DNA of 64,000 nucleotides. It comes from an uncultured Acidimicrobium sp. GTDB lineage: Bacteria; Actinomycetota; Acidimicrobiia; Acidimicrobiales; Ilumatobacteraceae. Below are positions 56,392 through 64,000 of this stretch, in pieces. Position 1 is the stretch's first letter, and the number at the start of each line of letters is the position of its first letter. A model generated the notes under the pieces. It saw nothing but the letters and a program-made list of their open reading frames with translations, made no database searches and had not been told where the DNA came from. The translations under genes and the position numbers were made by a program. The stretch is from the NCBI GenBank assembly GCA_964343495.1, contig CAYFJS010000001.1, positions 4,475-68,474 on the forward strand, in the 5' to 3' direction.

Positions 56392-56929
56392 CCCACGTCA
56401 GCCAGCCGCTGGCCGTCCCGAGGTCGTGCTCGGTGTCGATCCGGGGCTCACGAGGTGTGGCTTTGCGGCCTTGCGCTCGGATCCAAGCGGCGTCGGCGTC
56501 GTCGCCATGGGAGTGCTTACCTCGCCAACCGACATGGACGTTGCACAACGACTCGCCACGTTGCACGAAGACTTCGATGCACTGTTGACCGAAGTAAATC
56601 CTCGAGCCGTCGCCGTTGAACGCATATTTTTCCAATCCAATGTCAGCACGGCGATGAGCGTCGCGCAGGCGAGTGGAGTCGTCCTCGCGCTTGCCGGCGT
56701 CCGCGGGATTCCAGTCGTCCAATATTCCCCGAGCCAAGTGAAGAGCGCTGTTGCCGGATTCGGGAACGCAGACAAACTTGCCGTGCAGAAGATGGTGCAG
56801 AAGCGGCTCGGACTCCAATCATTGCCCGAACCCGCCGATGCGGCCGATGCTGCGGCGGTCGCGTTGTGTCATCTTGCTGCCTCGCCGTTGGCATCGCGCG
56901 TTGCTGTTGCACACGGAGCGCGTCCGTGA
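56384..56929 (+). CDS. ruvC: crossover junction endodeoxyribonuclease RuvC
   Basis: 181 aa. Matching segments are VLGVDPGLTRCGFA, VAVERIFFQSNVSTA and ADAADAAAVALCH. Confidence 0.92.
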   Translation: MFAPRQPAAGRPEVVLGVDPGLTRCGFAALRSDPSGVGVVAMGVLTSPTDMDVAQRLATLHEDFDALLTEVNPRAVAVERIFFQSNVSTAMSVAQASGVVLALAGVRGIPVVQYSPSQVKSAVAGFGNADKLAVQKMVQKRLGLQSLPEPADAADAAAVALCHLAASPLASRVAVAHGARP

Positions 56930-57513
56930 TCGGCAGTCTGCGCGGCGTCGTCGTCGAACGCCTCGAGGACTCGACGGTGCTCGTCGAGGTCGGCGGGGTC
57001 GGTTATCTCGTGCATGTCACGCCGAGGACGTTGGCGGAATTGGAGCCGACGTCGAATGCGTTCCTCTACGTACACCAACACGTTCGCGAAGACGCACACA
57101 CGCTTTTCGGTTTCCTCGACCGCGACGAACGTCGCACCTTCGAATCACTGATCGCTACGCACGGCATCGGCCCGTCGATGGCGATGGCGATCCTCGGCAC
57201 ACACTCGCCCCGTGCGCTCACCGACATCGTGGCGAACGGTGACGCTGCTTCACTGACACTCGTACCCGGAGTCGGAAAGAAGACTGCCGAGCGACTGCTG
57301 ATCGAGTTGAAGGGACGCCTCAACCTTCCCATCATGGATGGACTCGGTGTGTCATCGGCACAGTCAAGCGTGGCCCAGGTTCGCGAGGCGCTCGTTGGGC
57401 TGGGGTATGGACACGACGAGATTCGCGACGCCTTGCGCGAGCTGGATGCTGCAACGGACGCCGAGCGCATGTTGCGTGACGCACTCAATTTGCTGGGGTC
57501 GCGCCGTGCGTGA
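56926..57513 (+). CDS. ruvA: Holliday junction branch migration complex subunit RuvA
   Basis: Track ORF trimmed to GTG 56926, which overlaps the ruvC TGA ([11 protein letters not shown]). HhH motifs are [15 protein letters not shown] and [12 protein letters not shown]. Confidence 0.92.
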   Translation: MIGSLRGVVVERLEDSTVLVEVGGVGYLVHVTPRTLAELEPTSNAFLYVHQHVREDAHTLFGFLDRDERRTFESLIATHGIGPSMAMAILGTHSPRALTDIVANGDAASLTLVPGVGKKTAERLLIELKGRLNLPIMDGLGVSSAQSSVAQVREALVGLGYGHDEIRDALRELDAATDAERMLRDALNLLGSRRA

Positions 57514-58534
57514 GGACTTCGTCGACCCACGGTCGGGCGCGTCGGATGACGAGCGGGTGCTCGAGGCCGGACTCCGTCCGACAGCGCTGTCCGAGTTCGT
57601 TGGCCAGCGCGAGCTGAAGGAGCATCTCAGCATCGTCCTCGGTGCGGCGCAGAAGCGCGGCCAAGCAGCCGATCATCTCTTGCTTGCTGGACCACCCGGT
57701 CTCGGCAAGACGACGCTTGCGGGAATCGTCGCCACGGAAATGGGCGCCCGCCTGCACGTGACATCGGGTCCGGCGCTCGAGCGCGCGGGTGACCTCGCGG
57801 CCATCCTGACGTCGCTCGAATCCAACGATGTCTTGTTCATCGACGAAATCCATCGACTCTCGCGGACGGTCGAGGAGATCTTGTATCCGGCGATGGAGGA
57901 TTTCCAGATCGACCTCGTGGTGGGTAAGGGTCCGGCAGCGTCGTCGATCCGCCTGACGCTTCCACGATTCACACTGATTGGCGCCACTACGCGAACGGGA
58001 ATGATCACGGGTCCTTTGCGCGATCGCTTCGGTCTTGTCGCCCGCTTGGAATACTACGAACCACGCGAACTCGAAGAGATCGTGACTCGCGCCGCTCGCA
58101 TCCTGCAGGTTCCGATCGACGCCAAAGGCGCAGCCCAAATCGCCAGGCGGTCACGCGGAACGCCGCGCATCGCCAATCGCCTTCTTCGCCGTGTGCGCGA
58201 TTTCGCCGAGATGCGTGGCAACGGATCGATCGACGACTTCGTGGCCCACGAGGCGCTCGGAGTGTTCGGGGTCGACGACAAGGGCCTCGACAAGGTCGAC
58301 CGAGCGATCCTCACCGCGCTGTGTACTCAATTCGGTGGCGGTCCCGTCGGTCTTTCGACGCTGGCGATCTCGGTGAGCGAACAAACCGAGACGATCGAAG
58401 ATGTCTATGAGCCGTTCCTGATCCAGCAGGGGATGCTCGCCCGTACGCCGCGCGGTCGCGTCGCGATGTCGTCGGCCTGGGAGCATCTCGGTCTGCAGGC
58501 ACCTGCCCAGAATCCGGATCTGTTTACCTCGTAG
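57506..58534 (+). CDS. ruvB: Holliday junction branch migration DNA helicase RuvB
   Basis: Track ORF trimmed to GTG 57506, an 8-nt overlap with ruvA. It has Walker A ([11 protein letters not shown]), Walker B ([10 protein letters not shown]) and [17 protein letters not shown]. Confidence 0.95.
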   Translation: MREDFVDPRSGASDDERVLEAGLRPTALSEFVGQRELKEHLSIVLGAAQKRGQAADHLLLAGPPGLGKTTLAGIVATEMGARLHVTSGPALERAGDLAAILTSLESNDVLFIDEIHRLSRTVEEILYPAMEDFQIDLVVGKGPAASSIRLTLPRFTLIGATTRTGMITGPLRDRFGLVARLEYYEPRELEEIVTRAARILQVPIDAKGAAQIARRSRGTPRIANRLLRRVRDFAEMRGNGSIDDFVAHEALGVFGVDDKGLDKVDRAILTALCTQFGGGPVGLSTLAISVSEQTETIEDVYEPFLIQQGMLARTPRGRVAMSSAWEHLGLQAPAQNPDLFTS

Positions 58535-58543
58535 TCTGCCTCG

Positions 58544-59560
58544 GTGCGTCTCGACGACATCGACTATTCGCTTCCACCTGATCTGATCGCTCAGCGTCCG
58601 GTCGAGCCGCGGGACAGCGCACGACTGTTGGTCGATCTCGGCGCTCGAGGAACGGCACACCAACACGTTGCGGACCTCGTGAATCACCTCGAAGCCGGCG
58701 ACGTCCTCGTCGTCAATCACACGAAAGTGATGCACGCACGACTCCACTTGCAGCGTGAGAGTGGCGGACGAGTCGAGGTGCTCATGCTTCGTGAACGGAA
58801 GGGCTCGGGCGTTTGGGAGGCGCTCGTTCGACCTGGCGGAAAACTTCGTGAGGGAGAGGTGCTCACGCACCAGTCGGGTGGGGGCGTCGTCCGCATGGTG
58901 GGGCGTTCGCTCGACGGGGACACGTTCCTCGTCGAACCTCTCGTTGCTGACGTGTTCGCCACGATGCGGGAGATCGGCGAGGCCCCCTTGCCGCCGTACA
59001 TCACCGAGAAGTTGTCGGATGCGAGCAGATATCAAACCGTCTATTCACACGAGGAACGCTCGGCGGCGGCGCCGACTGCCGGGTTGCACTTCACGCCCGA
59101 CTTGCTCAATGCGTTGCGCGAAAAGGGGGTGCGAATTGAGGAGGTCGAATTGGTGGTGGGGCTCGACACGTTCAAGCCGGTGACCGTCGACGATCCGTTG
59201 GATCATGTCATCCATACCGAGAGGTACCGAGTCCCCAAGGAAGTCCTCGAAGCGTGCGCCGATGCGCGACGCCGGAGCAAGCGGGTCGTCGCCGTGGGAA
59301 CAACGGCGGCGAGGGCCCTCGAGTCAGCCGCCACGACGGGCACGTTCGAGGGCGACACGAACCTGTTCATCTATCCCGGGTATGAATGGAAGCTCGTCGA
59401 CCGGCTGATGACGAACTTCCACATGCCGCGCACGACGCTGCTCTTGATGATCTCGTCGTTCGTCGGCCCGCGCTGGCGTGAGCTCTATGCCGAAGCGATT
59501 CGTCAGAAATATCGCTTCCTCAGTTTCGGTGACGCAATGTTGCTCGATCGCCACGCCTGA
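58544..59560 (+). CDS. queA: S-adenosylmethionine:tRNA ribosyltransferase-isomerase QueA
   Basis: 338 aa with a GTG start. Matching segments are YSLPPDLIAQRP, APLPPYI, YQTVYS, APTAGLHFT and FLSFGDAML. Confidence 0.93.
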   Translation: MRLDDIDYSLPPDLIAQRPVEPRDSARLLVDLGARGTAHQHVADLVNHLEAGDVLVVNHTKVMHARLHLQRESGGRVEVLMLRERKGSGVWEALVRPGGKLREGEVLTHQSGGGVVRMVGRSLDGDTFLVEPLVADVFATMREIGEAPLPPYITEKLSDASRYQTVYSHEERSAAAPTAGLHFTPDLLNALREKGVRIEEVELVVGLDTFKPVTVDDPLDHVIHTERYRVPKEVLEACADARRRSKRVVAVGTTAARALESAATTGTFEGDTNLFIYPGYEWKLVDRLMTNFHMPRTTLLLMISSFVGPRWRELYAEAIRQKYRFLSFGDAMLLDRHA

Positions 59561-59588
59561 CGTCACGTTCACAACTACGGTGGTGGCG

Positions 59589-60686
59589 ATGTTTGCCGTG
59601 CATCACTCGACCATCGCCCGCGACGGGACGGCGCGCGCTGGCGTAGCGACGGTGCATCGCGGTTCATACGAGACCCCCTGTTTCATGCCGGTCGGAACTC
59701 GTGGAGCGATCAAGTATTTGAGTGCCGAAGACTACGCAGCGGTGGGCGCCCGCATCGTGTTGGGGAACACCTATCACTTGATGCTGCGTCCTGGGGCGGA
59801 GACGGTCGCTCACTTTGGTGGTCTCGGCAAGTTCGCCGCATGGGACGGTCTCACGCTCACCGACTCGGGAGGCTTCCAAGTCTTTTCACTGAACCCGAAA
59901 GTTGACGACGAAGGCGTGACCTTCAAGAGCACCTATGACGGCGCAGAGCAACGATTCACGCCCGAAGGTGCAGTGGCGACGCAGGAATTGTTGGGCGCCG
60001 ACATCCAGATGGTGCTGGACGTCTGTCCGCCGCTTCCGTCGCCACCCGAAGTCGTACGGCAGGCACTCGAGCGGACATCGATGTGGGCTGTACGCGCGAG
60101 GGGTGCCCATCGCCGTGAAGATCAATCGTTGTTCGGAATCGTCCAAGGCGGCATCAGCGAGTCGATGCGTCGCGAGAGTGCGTTGCGGACCGCAGAGTTG
60201 GACTTCGACGGCTATGGCATCGGCGGCCTGTCGGTCGGCGAAACTCGTGCGGAGATGTTGCCCGCGCTCGCTGCGGCTCTCGAACACCTGCCGAGTGATC
60301 GGCCGCGGTACTTGATGGGGGTCGGAGACCCCGCCTCGTTGGTCGAAGCAGTGGCACTCGGGGTCGATCAGTTCGATTGTGTCCTGCAGACTCGCCTCGG
60401 GCGACATGGAACGGCACTCACGTCGGCGGGCAAGCTAAACGTGAAGCGCGCGGAATTCGCACTCTCCGATGAGCCGCTCGACCCCACGTGTGGATGTGTC
60501 GTTTGTCGCCGACACTCACGTGGTTATCTGCGCCATCTATTCCAAGTTGGCGAACCGACTGCGTCACGACTGGTTTCGTTGCACAACGTGGCCTGGACGA
60601 TTTCGCTCATGGCCACGATGCGCGCGGCGATCATTGACGGTCGATTCCAGAGCGTTCGACACGAGGTGCTCTCCGTGTGGGGCTAG
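59589..60686 (+). CDS. tgt: tRNA-guanine(34) transglycosylase
   Basis: Track ORF trimmed to ATG 59589. Nearby GTG codons at 59580 and 59583 are alternatives. Matching segments are TPCFMPVGTRGAIK, LTDSGGFQV, GGLSVGE and the zinc motif CGCVVCRRHSRGYLRHL. Confidence 0.93.
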   Translation: MFAVHHSTIARDGTARAGVATVHRGSYETPCFMPVGTRGAIKYLSAEDYAAVGARIVLGNTYHLMLRPGAETVAHFGGLGKFAAWDGLTLTDSGGFQVFSLNPKVDDEGVTFKSTYDGAEQRFTPEGAVATQELLGADIQMVLDVCPPLPSPPEVVRQALERTSMWAVRARGAHRREDQSLFGIVQGGISESMRRESALRTAELDFDGYGIGGLSVGETRAEMLPALAAALEHLPSDRPRYLMGVGDPASLVEAVALGVDQFDCVLQTRLGRHGTALTSAGKLNVKRAEFALSDEPLDPTCGCVVCRRHSRGYLRHLFQVGEPTASRLVSLHNVAWTISLMATMRAAIIDGRFQSVRHEVLSVWG

Positions 60687-60724
60687 GGCTCAATGGCGGG
60701 CTCTGCTCGCTAGCATGAGTCGCC

Positions 60725-61063
60725 ATGTTCGCGATCCTCTTTCTAGCCCAGACAAAATCAACTTCGAGTGGTGGGGGAATCCTCGGACTTCTTCCGCTCG
60801 TCGCCATCTTCGGAGCCATGTACTTCTTGCTCCTTCGCCCCCAACGCAAGCGGACGAAGCAGTCCCAGGAGTTGCAGAAGAGCATCGCCGAGGGTGATGA
60901 AGTCATCTTGAATTCGGGAATCTACGGCTTCGTCTCCGAGGTCACCGACACGTTCGTCTGGTTGGACGTCGCGGACAAGGTCGAGATTCGTGTCGCTCGA
61001 AGTGCGATCGCATCCAAGGTCTCGGCGCCAAGCGCCGACGGTCAGACCGACTCGAAGAAGTAA
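60725..61063 (+). CDS. yajC: preprotein translocase subunit YajC
   Basis: 112 aa. It has a TM helix followed by YFLLLRPQRKRTKQSQELQKSIAEGDEVILNSGIYG. Confidence 0.9.
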   Translation: MFAILFLAQTKSTSSGGGILGLLPLVAIFGAMYFLLLRPQRKRTKQSQELQKSIAEGDEVILNSGIYGFVSEVTDTFVWLDVADKVEIRVARSAIASKVSAPSADGQTDSKK

Positions 61064-61074
61064 CCGAGGAAACC

Positions 61075-62595
61075 ATGGTCCGGCGGTTGTCGATCACGAT
61101 CGCGTGCACGATCGTCGTCGTCGCAGCCGCACTCATCGGCAATGTCGTTGCTGGGAACAAGCCTGCACTCGGGCTCGACCTGCAGGGTGGTGCTTCGATC
61201 ACCTTGCAGCCAGTAGGCGACTACACCGCTGCTGCCTTGGAGAAGGCCGTGGAGATCATCGAACGCCGCGTGAACTCCCTCGGAGTGGCCGAACCGGAGA
61301 TCACACGTCAGGGTGACAACGTCGTCGTGAACCTGCCGGGAGTGAAGGACCAGCAACGGGCGCTCGACATCATCGGTCGTCAGGGCGAAGTGTTGCTACG
61401 TCCGGTGTTGCAGGTGGGAACGACCAACACCGATTCCACGACGACGACGGTTGCTGGGTCAACGGAGACGACCACTCCGGACACGGTCGCGCCCGCGCAG
61501 CCCTCCGGACCGGGTGATGCGCGTCGGAGCGTGCCGACGACCACCGTCGCATCACCGACGACAACTGTCGCAGGCGACGCCACGACGACGACGGTTCCGC
61601 AACTCCCCGTGTCGAATGACCCGAATGATCCGACGGCGAACGTCATCCTCCAGGGAGATGGGAATGCGGTCTACTTGGTCGGGCCAGCGGGTGCGACCGG
61701 ACAGGTCTTTAATAACAATGCGGGCGCTGACATCTCGACGGGTAATTGGGTCGTCACAGTCGGTTTACGCAAGGGCGCTCTTGGTGAAGATGTGTGGAAT
61801 GCGCTGACCACCAAGTGCTTCAGCCGTGATCCATCGTGCCCGACGGGTCAAATCGCCATCGTGCTCGACGGGAAGGTGATCTCCGCTCCGGTCGTTCAGG
61901 AAGCGGTCTTCACCGGCGGGAACGTCCAGATCACGGGGAACTTCACGGAAGCCGAAGCTCGCGACCTCGCCAAGATTCTGGAGTTCGGTGCCGTGCCCGT
62001 GCGCTTCGACATCGCAACGGTGCAGACGGTGTCGCCGACGCTCGGTGAGGATTCCTTGCGCGCAGCACTCATCTCGGGACTCATCGGAGTCCTCCTCGTC
62101 ATCATGTTCTTCTTCTTCTATTACCGACTCCTGACGATCGTCGTGTTGAGTGGCCTCGTCGTGTCCGGCGCGCTCCTGTGGAGCGTCATTTCCTACATCT
62201 CCCGCACCAATGGTCTTGCGCTCACCCTGTCGGGTGCCGCCGGAATCATCGTGTCGATCGGCGTCACCGTCGACTCCTATGTCGTGTTCTTCGAACGCCT
62301 GAAGGATGACCTACACGCGGGGAAGTCGTTGCGTGGATCGGCACAGCGGAGCTTCCAAGCAGCATTCCGTACCATCCTTGCTGCTGATGCTGTGTCGTTC
62401 CTCGGAGCGCTCGTGCTGTGGTATCTCACGGTCGGATCCGTCCGTGGATTCGCATTCTTCCTCGGGCTGTCAACGCTGTCCGACGTCATCGTCGCCTACT
62501 ACTTCACGAGACCAGCAGTTCTCTTGTTGGCCCGCACCAAGCTGATGAGGGGCAGGAAGGTGCTCGGTGTGACAACGAAGGAGGTCGTGGCATGA
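61075..62595 (+). CDS. secD: protein translocase subunit SecD
   Basis: 506 aa. Matching segments are GLDLQGG and PEITRQG. A Thr/Pro-rich periplasmic insert is present, followed by the C-terminal 6-TM bundle. Confidence 0.93.
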   Translation: MVRRLSITIACTIVVVAAALIGNVVAGNKPALGLDLQGGASITLQPVGDYTAAALEKAVEIIERRVNSLGVAEPEITRQGDNVVVNLPGVKDQQRALDIIGRQGEVLLRPVLQVGTTNTDSTTTTVAGSTETTTPDTVAPAQPSGPGDARRSVPTTTVASPTTTVAGDATTTTVPQLPVSNDPNDPTANVILQGDGNAVYLVGPAGATGQVFNNNAGADISTGNWVVTVGLRKGALGEDVWNALTTKCFSRDPSCPTGQIAIVLDGKVISAPVVQEAVFTGGNVQITGNFTEAEARDLAKILEFGAVPVRFDIATVQTVSPTLGEDSLRAALISGLIGVLLVIMFFFFYYRLLTIVVLSGLVVSGALLWSVISYISRTNGLALTLSGAAGIIVSIGVTVDSYVVFFERLKDDLHAGKSLRGSAQRSFQAAFRTILAADAVSFLGALVLWYLTVGSVRGFAFFLGLSTLSDVIVAYYFTRPAVLLLARTKLMRGRKVLGVTTKEVVA

Positions 62596-63704
62596 GCATG
62601 CTCGGGCGGCTCTACCGCGGCGAGACGACCTTCAACTTCATCGGTCGACGATGGATCGGTTTCGGGTTCTCGCTCGCACTCGTCGTCATCACCGTGGTGT
62701 CGCTCTTCGCACGAGGGCTGAACCTCGGTATTGACTTCAAGGGCGGAGTCGCGTGGGAGGTACCCGCCAAGACCTTGACGATTGACGACGTTGCGGCGGT
62801 ACTCACGGACAACAAGTTGGACGTGACGACGGCAAAGATCCAGGAATTGAATGGTTCCGACGGCAAGCGGATCCGCGCACAAGTCGGTGATCAGCCTGCA
62901 ACGGTGAGAAGCGCGGTGCAGAACTCGCTCGCCTCGAAGGCGAAGGTGGACGCCGAGGAAGTGAGCGTGTCCGCCGTGAGTTCGTCGTGGGGTAGGAGCA
63001 TCACCGAAAAGGCAGTTCGTGCACTGATCGTGTTCTTCATCCTCGTGTCGATCTTCATCTCGTTCCGTTTCGAATGGAAGATGGCGGTCTCGGCGATCCT
63101 GGCGATGGTGCATGACGTGTTGCTCAGTGTCGGCGTCTACTCGGTGACGGGTTTCTCCGTGACACCCGCGACGGTGATCGCATTCCTCACCATTCTCGGA
63201 TTCTCGCTGTACGACACGATCGTGGTCTTCGACAAGGTCCACGACAACACGAAGCGACTCTCCGCGTCACGCGCGTCGTACGGCGACGTCGTCAACGTGT
63301 CGATGAACCAGGTGCTCATGCGATCGTTGAATACGTCCCTTGCTGCAGTCCTGCCAGTGCTTTCGCTCTTGGTACTTGGAGCCGGCGTCCTCGGCGTCGT
63401 GAGCCTGCAGGACTTCGCGCTTGCGTTGCTCGTCGGGTTGCTCCTCGGTGCGTACTCGTCGATCTACATCGCAACACCGATCCTCGCGGTCCTCAAGGAG
63501 CGCGAGGCGAAGTACCAGTCGCGTGCGGGACACTTGAGCCTTGGCGACGACATGCTCAAGTTGTTCGGCGTCCAGCGTGCCGACACGAGCGCTCCGACTG
63601 CGGGGTCGTCCGAAGTACAGCGCTCCGCGACTACCACCGACTCCTCATCGGTTGCCTCGACGCTCACCCATCCGCCACGACCCCGAAAGAAGCGCCGCCG
63701 CTAA
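62592..63704 (+). CDS. secF: protein translocase subunit SecF
   Basis: Track ORF trimmed to ATG 62592, which overlaps the secD TGA (MSMLGRLYRGETTFNFIG). Matching segments are LGIDFKGG and GFSLYDTIVVFDKV. The C-terminal tail is basic. Confidence 0.93.
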   Translation: MSMLGRLYRGETTFNFIGRRWIGFGFSLALVVITVVSLFARGLNLGIDFKGGVAWEVPAKTLTIDDVAAVLTDNKLDVTTAKIQELNGSDGKRIRAQVGDQPATVRSAVQNSLASKAKVDAEEVSVSAVSSSWGRSITEKAVRALIVFFILVSIFISFRFEWKMAVSAILAMVHDVLLSVGVYSVTGFSVTPATVIAFLTILGFSLYDTIVVFDKVHDNTKRLSASRASYGDVVNVSMNQVLMRSLNTSLAAVLPVLSLLVLGAGVLGVVSLQDFALALLVGLLLGAYSSIYIATPILAVLKEREAKYQSRAGHLSLGDDMLKLFGVQRADTSAPTAGSSEVQRSATTTDSSSVASTLTHPPRPRKKRRR

Positions 63705-63761
63705 GAAGCGACGAAGAGTCCGCGACCTCCGGTCATACACTTGATGTATGGAGGCGTCGAA

Positions 63762-64000
63762 GTGAGCACGACATCGAGGGTCCTTCCGTGGAGGCGCCAG
63801 CAGGCGTCGGTCACCGAAGAGCTCGTCCCGCTCATCACCGCGTATAAGCGTCGGCACCCGAAGGGCTCGACGGCGAAGATCTCGTCTGCCTATGAGATGG
63901 CTAGGGCCGCGCACCAGCACCAGTCCCGGATGAGTGGGGAGTTGTACATCAGCCACCCGTTGGCAGTTGCGAAGATCGTCGCCGACATCGGTTTGGATGA
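63762..64000 (+). CDS. relA: RelA/SpoT-family (p)ppGpp synthetase/hydrolase, N-terminal fragment that runs off the window
   Basis: The frame is open from GTG 63762, with GGAGG 7 nt upstream. ATG 63744 is an in-frame alternative. AYEMARAAHQHQSRMSGELYISHPLAVAKIVADIGLD matches the HD hydrolase domain start. Confidence 0.85.
   Translation, partial: MSTTSRVLPWRRQQASVTEELVPLITAYKRRHPKGSTAKISSAYEMARAAHQHQSRMSGELYISHPLAVAKIVADIGLD

Noticed and set aside
1-64000. A scan of all intergenic gaps for tRNA, rRNA, tmRNA, riboswitches, IS ends and CRISPR repeats.
   Set aside because: Every gap is 225 nt or shorter, and most are under 60 nt. None shows cloverleaf-compatible arms, rRNA-like sequence or repeated spacer-repeat structure. 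Only the mraZ upstream region and the mraZ-rsmH spacer show notable structure, and both are reported above.

Overview
This window is a high-GC Actinomycetota chromosome segment made up almost entirely of core housekeeping genes. Lineage markers are mshC, a pgsA1/patA/pimA phosphatidylinositol-mannoside cluster, sepF, the proteasome activator Bpa, InhA-type FabI and F420-linked enzymes. Coding density is about 97 percent, mostly on the + strand, and many gene junctions are 4-nt ATGA/GTGA start-stop overlaps. Gene order, left to right: MtrB/MtrA-like two-component pair, IMPase and a small membrane protein (all on the - strand); dinB, DUF3040, ROK kinase, acyl-CoA dehydrogenase, a small unknown, HNH nuclease and an LplA-like protein. 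Next is a complete dcw cell-wall/division cluster: mraZ-rsmH-ftsL-ftsI-murE-mraY-murD-ftsW-[murG::murC]-[murB::ftsQ]-ftsZ-yggS-sepF-yggT. Then come ileS, a Lys/Ala-repeat DksA-like protein, lspA, rluD, an Rrf2 regulator (-), an alkaline-phosphatase-family protein, bpa, dnaE, a hypothetical and a nitroreductase. After that are a thioredoxin-domain protein, S8 protease and fabI (all -), then npdG-mshC-plsC-thrS-HIT-membrane-pgsA-patA, an LLM oxidoreductase (-) and pimA. The window ends with lemA-htpX-DUF3048, pdxS-pdxT-yebC-bcp-ruvCAB-queA-tgt-yajC-secD-secF and the start of relA. I found no rRNA, tRNA, CRISPR array, IS element, prophage or recognisable defence island, and I cannot honestly point to a discrete novel accessory system. 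The unusual items are: (1) two consecutive single-ORF fusions in the dcw cluster (MurG-MurC and MurB-FtsQ), with no murF or divIVA at their usual positions; (2) a cysteine-free DksA/TraR-like protein carrying about 8 tandem histone-H1-like [12 protein letters not shown] repeats; (3) a 23-bp strand-specific helix in an atypically long mraZ-rsmH spacer; (4) a phased GTGGG repeat array upstream of mraZ; (5) candidate LexA-type boxes and leaderless promoters. Many ORF-track entries are N-terminal over-extensions, which I trimmed, or antisense ORFs typical of high-GC DNA, which I rejected. The track labels GTG/TTG starts as M.
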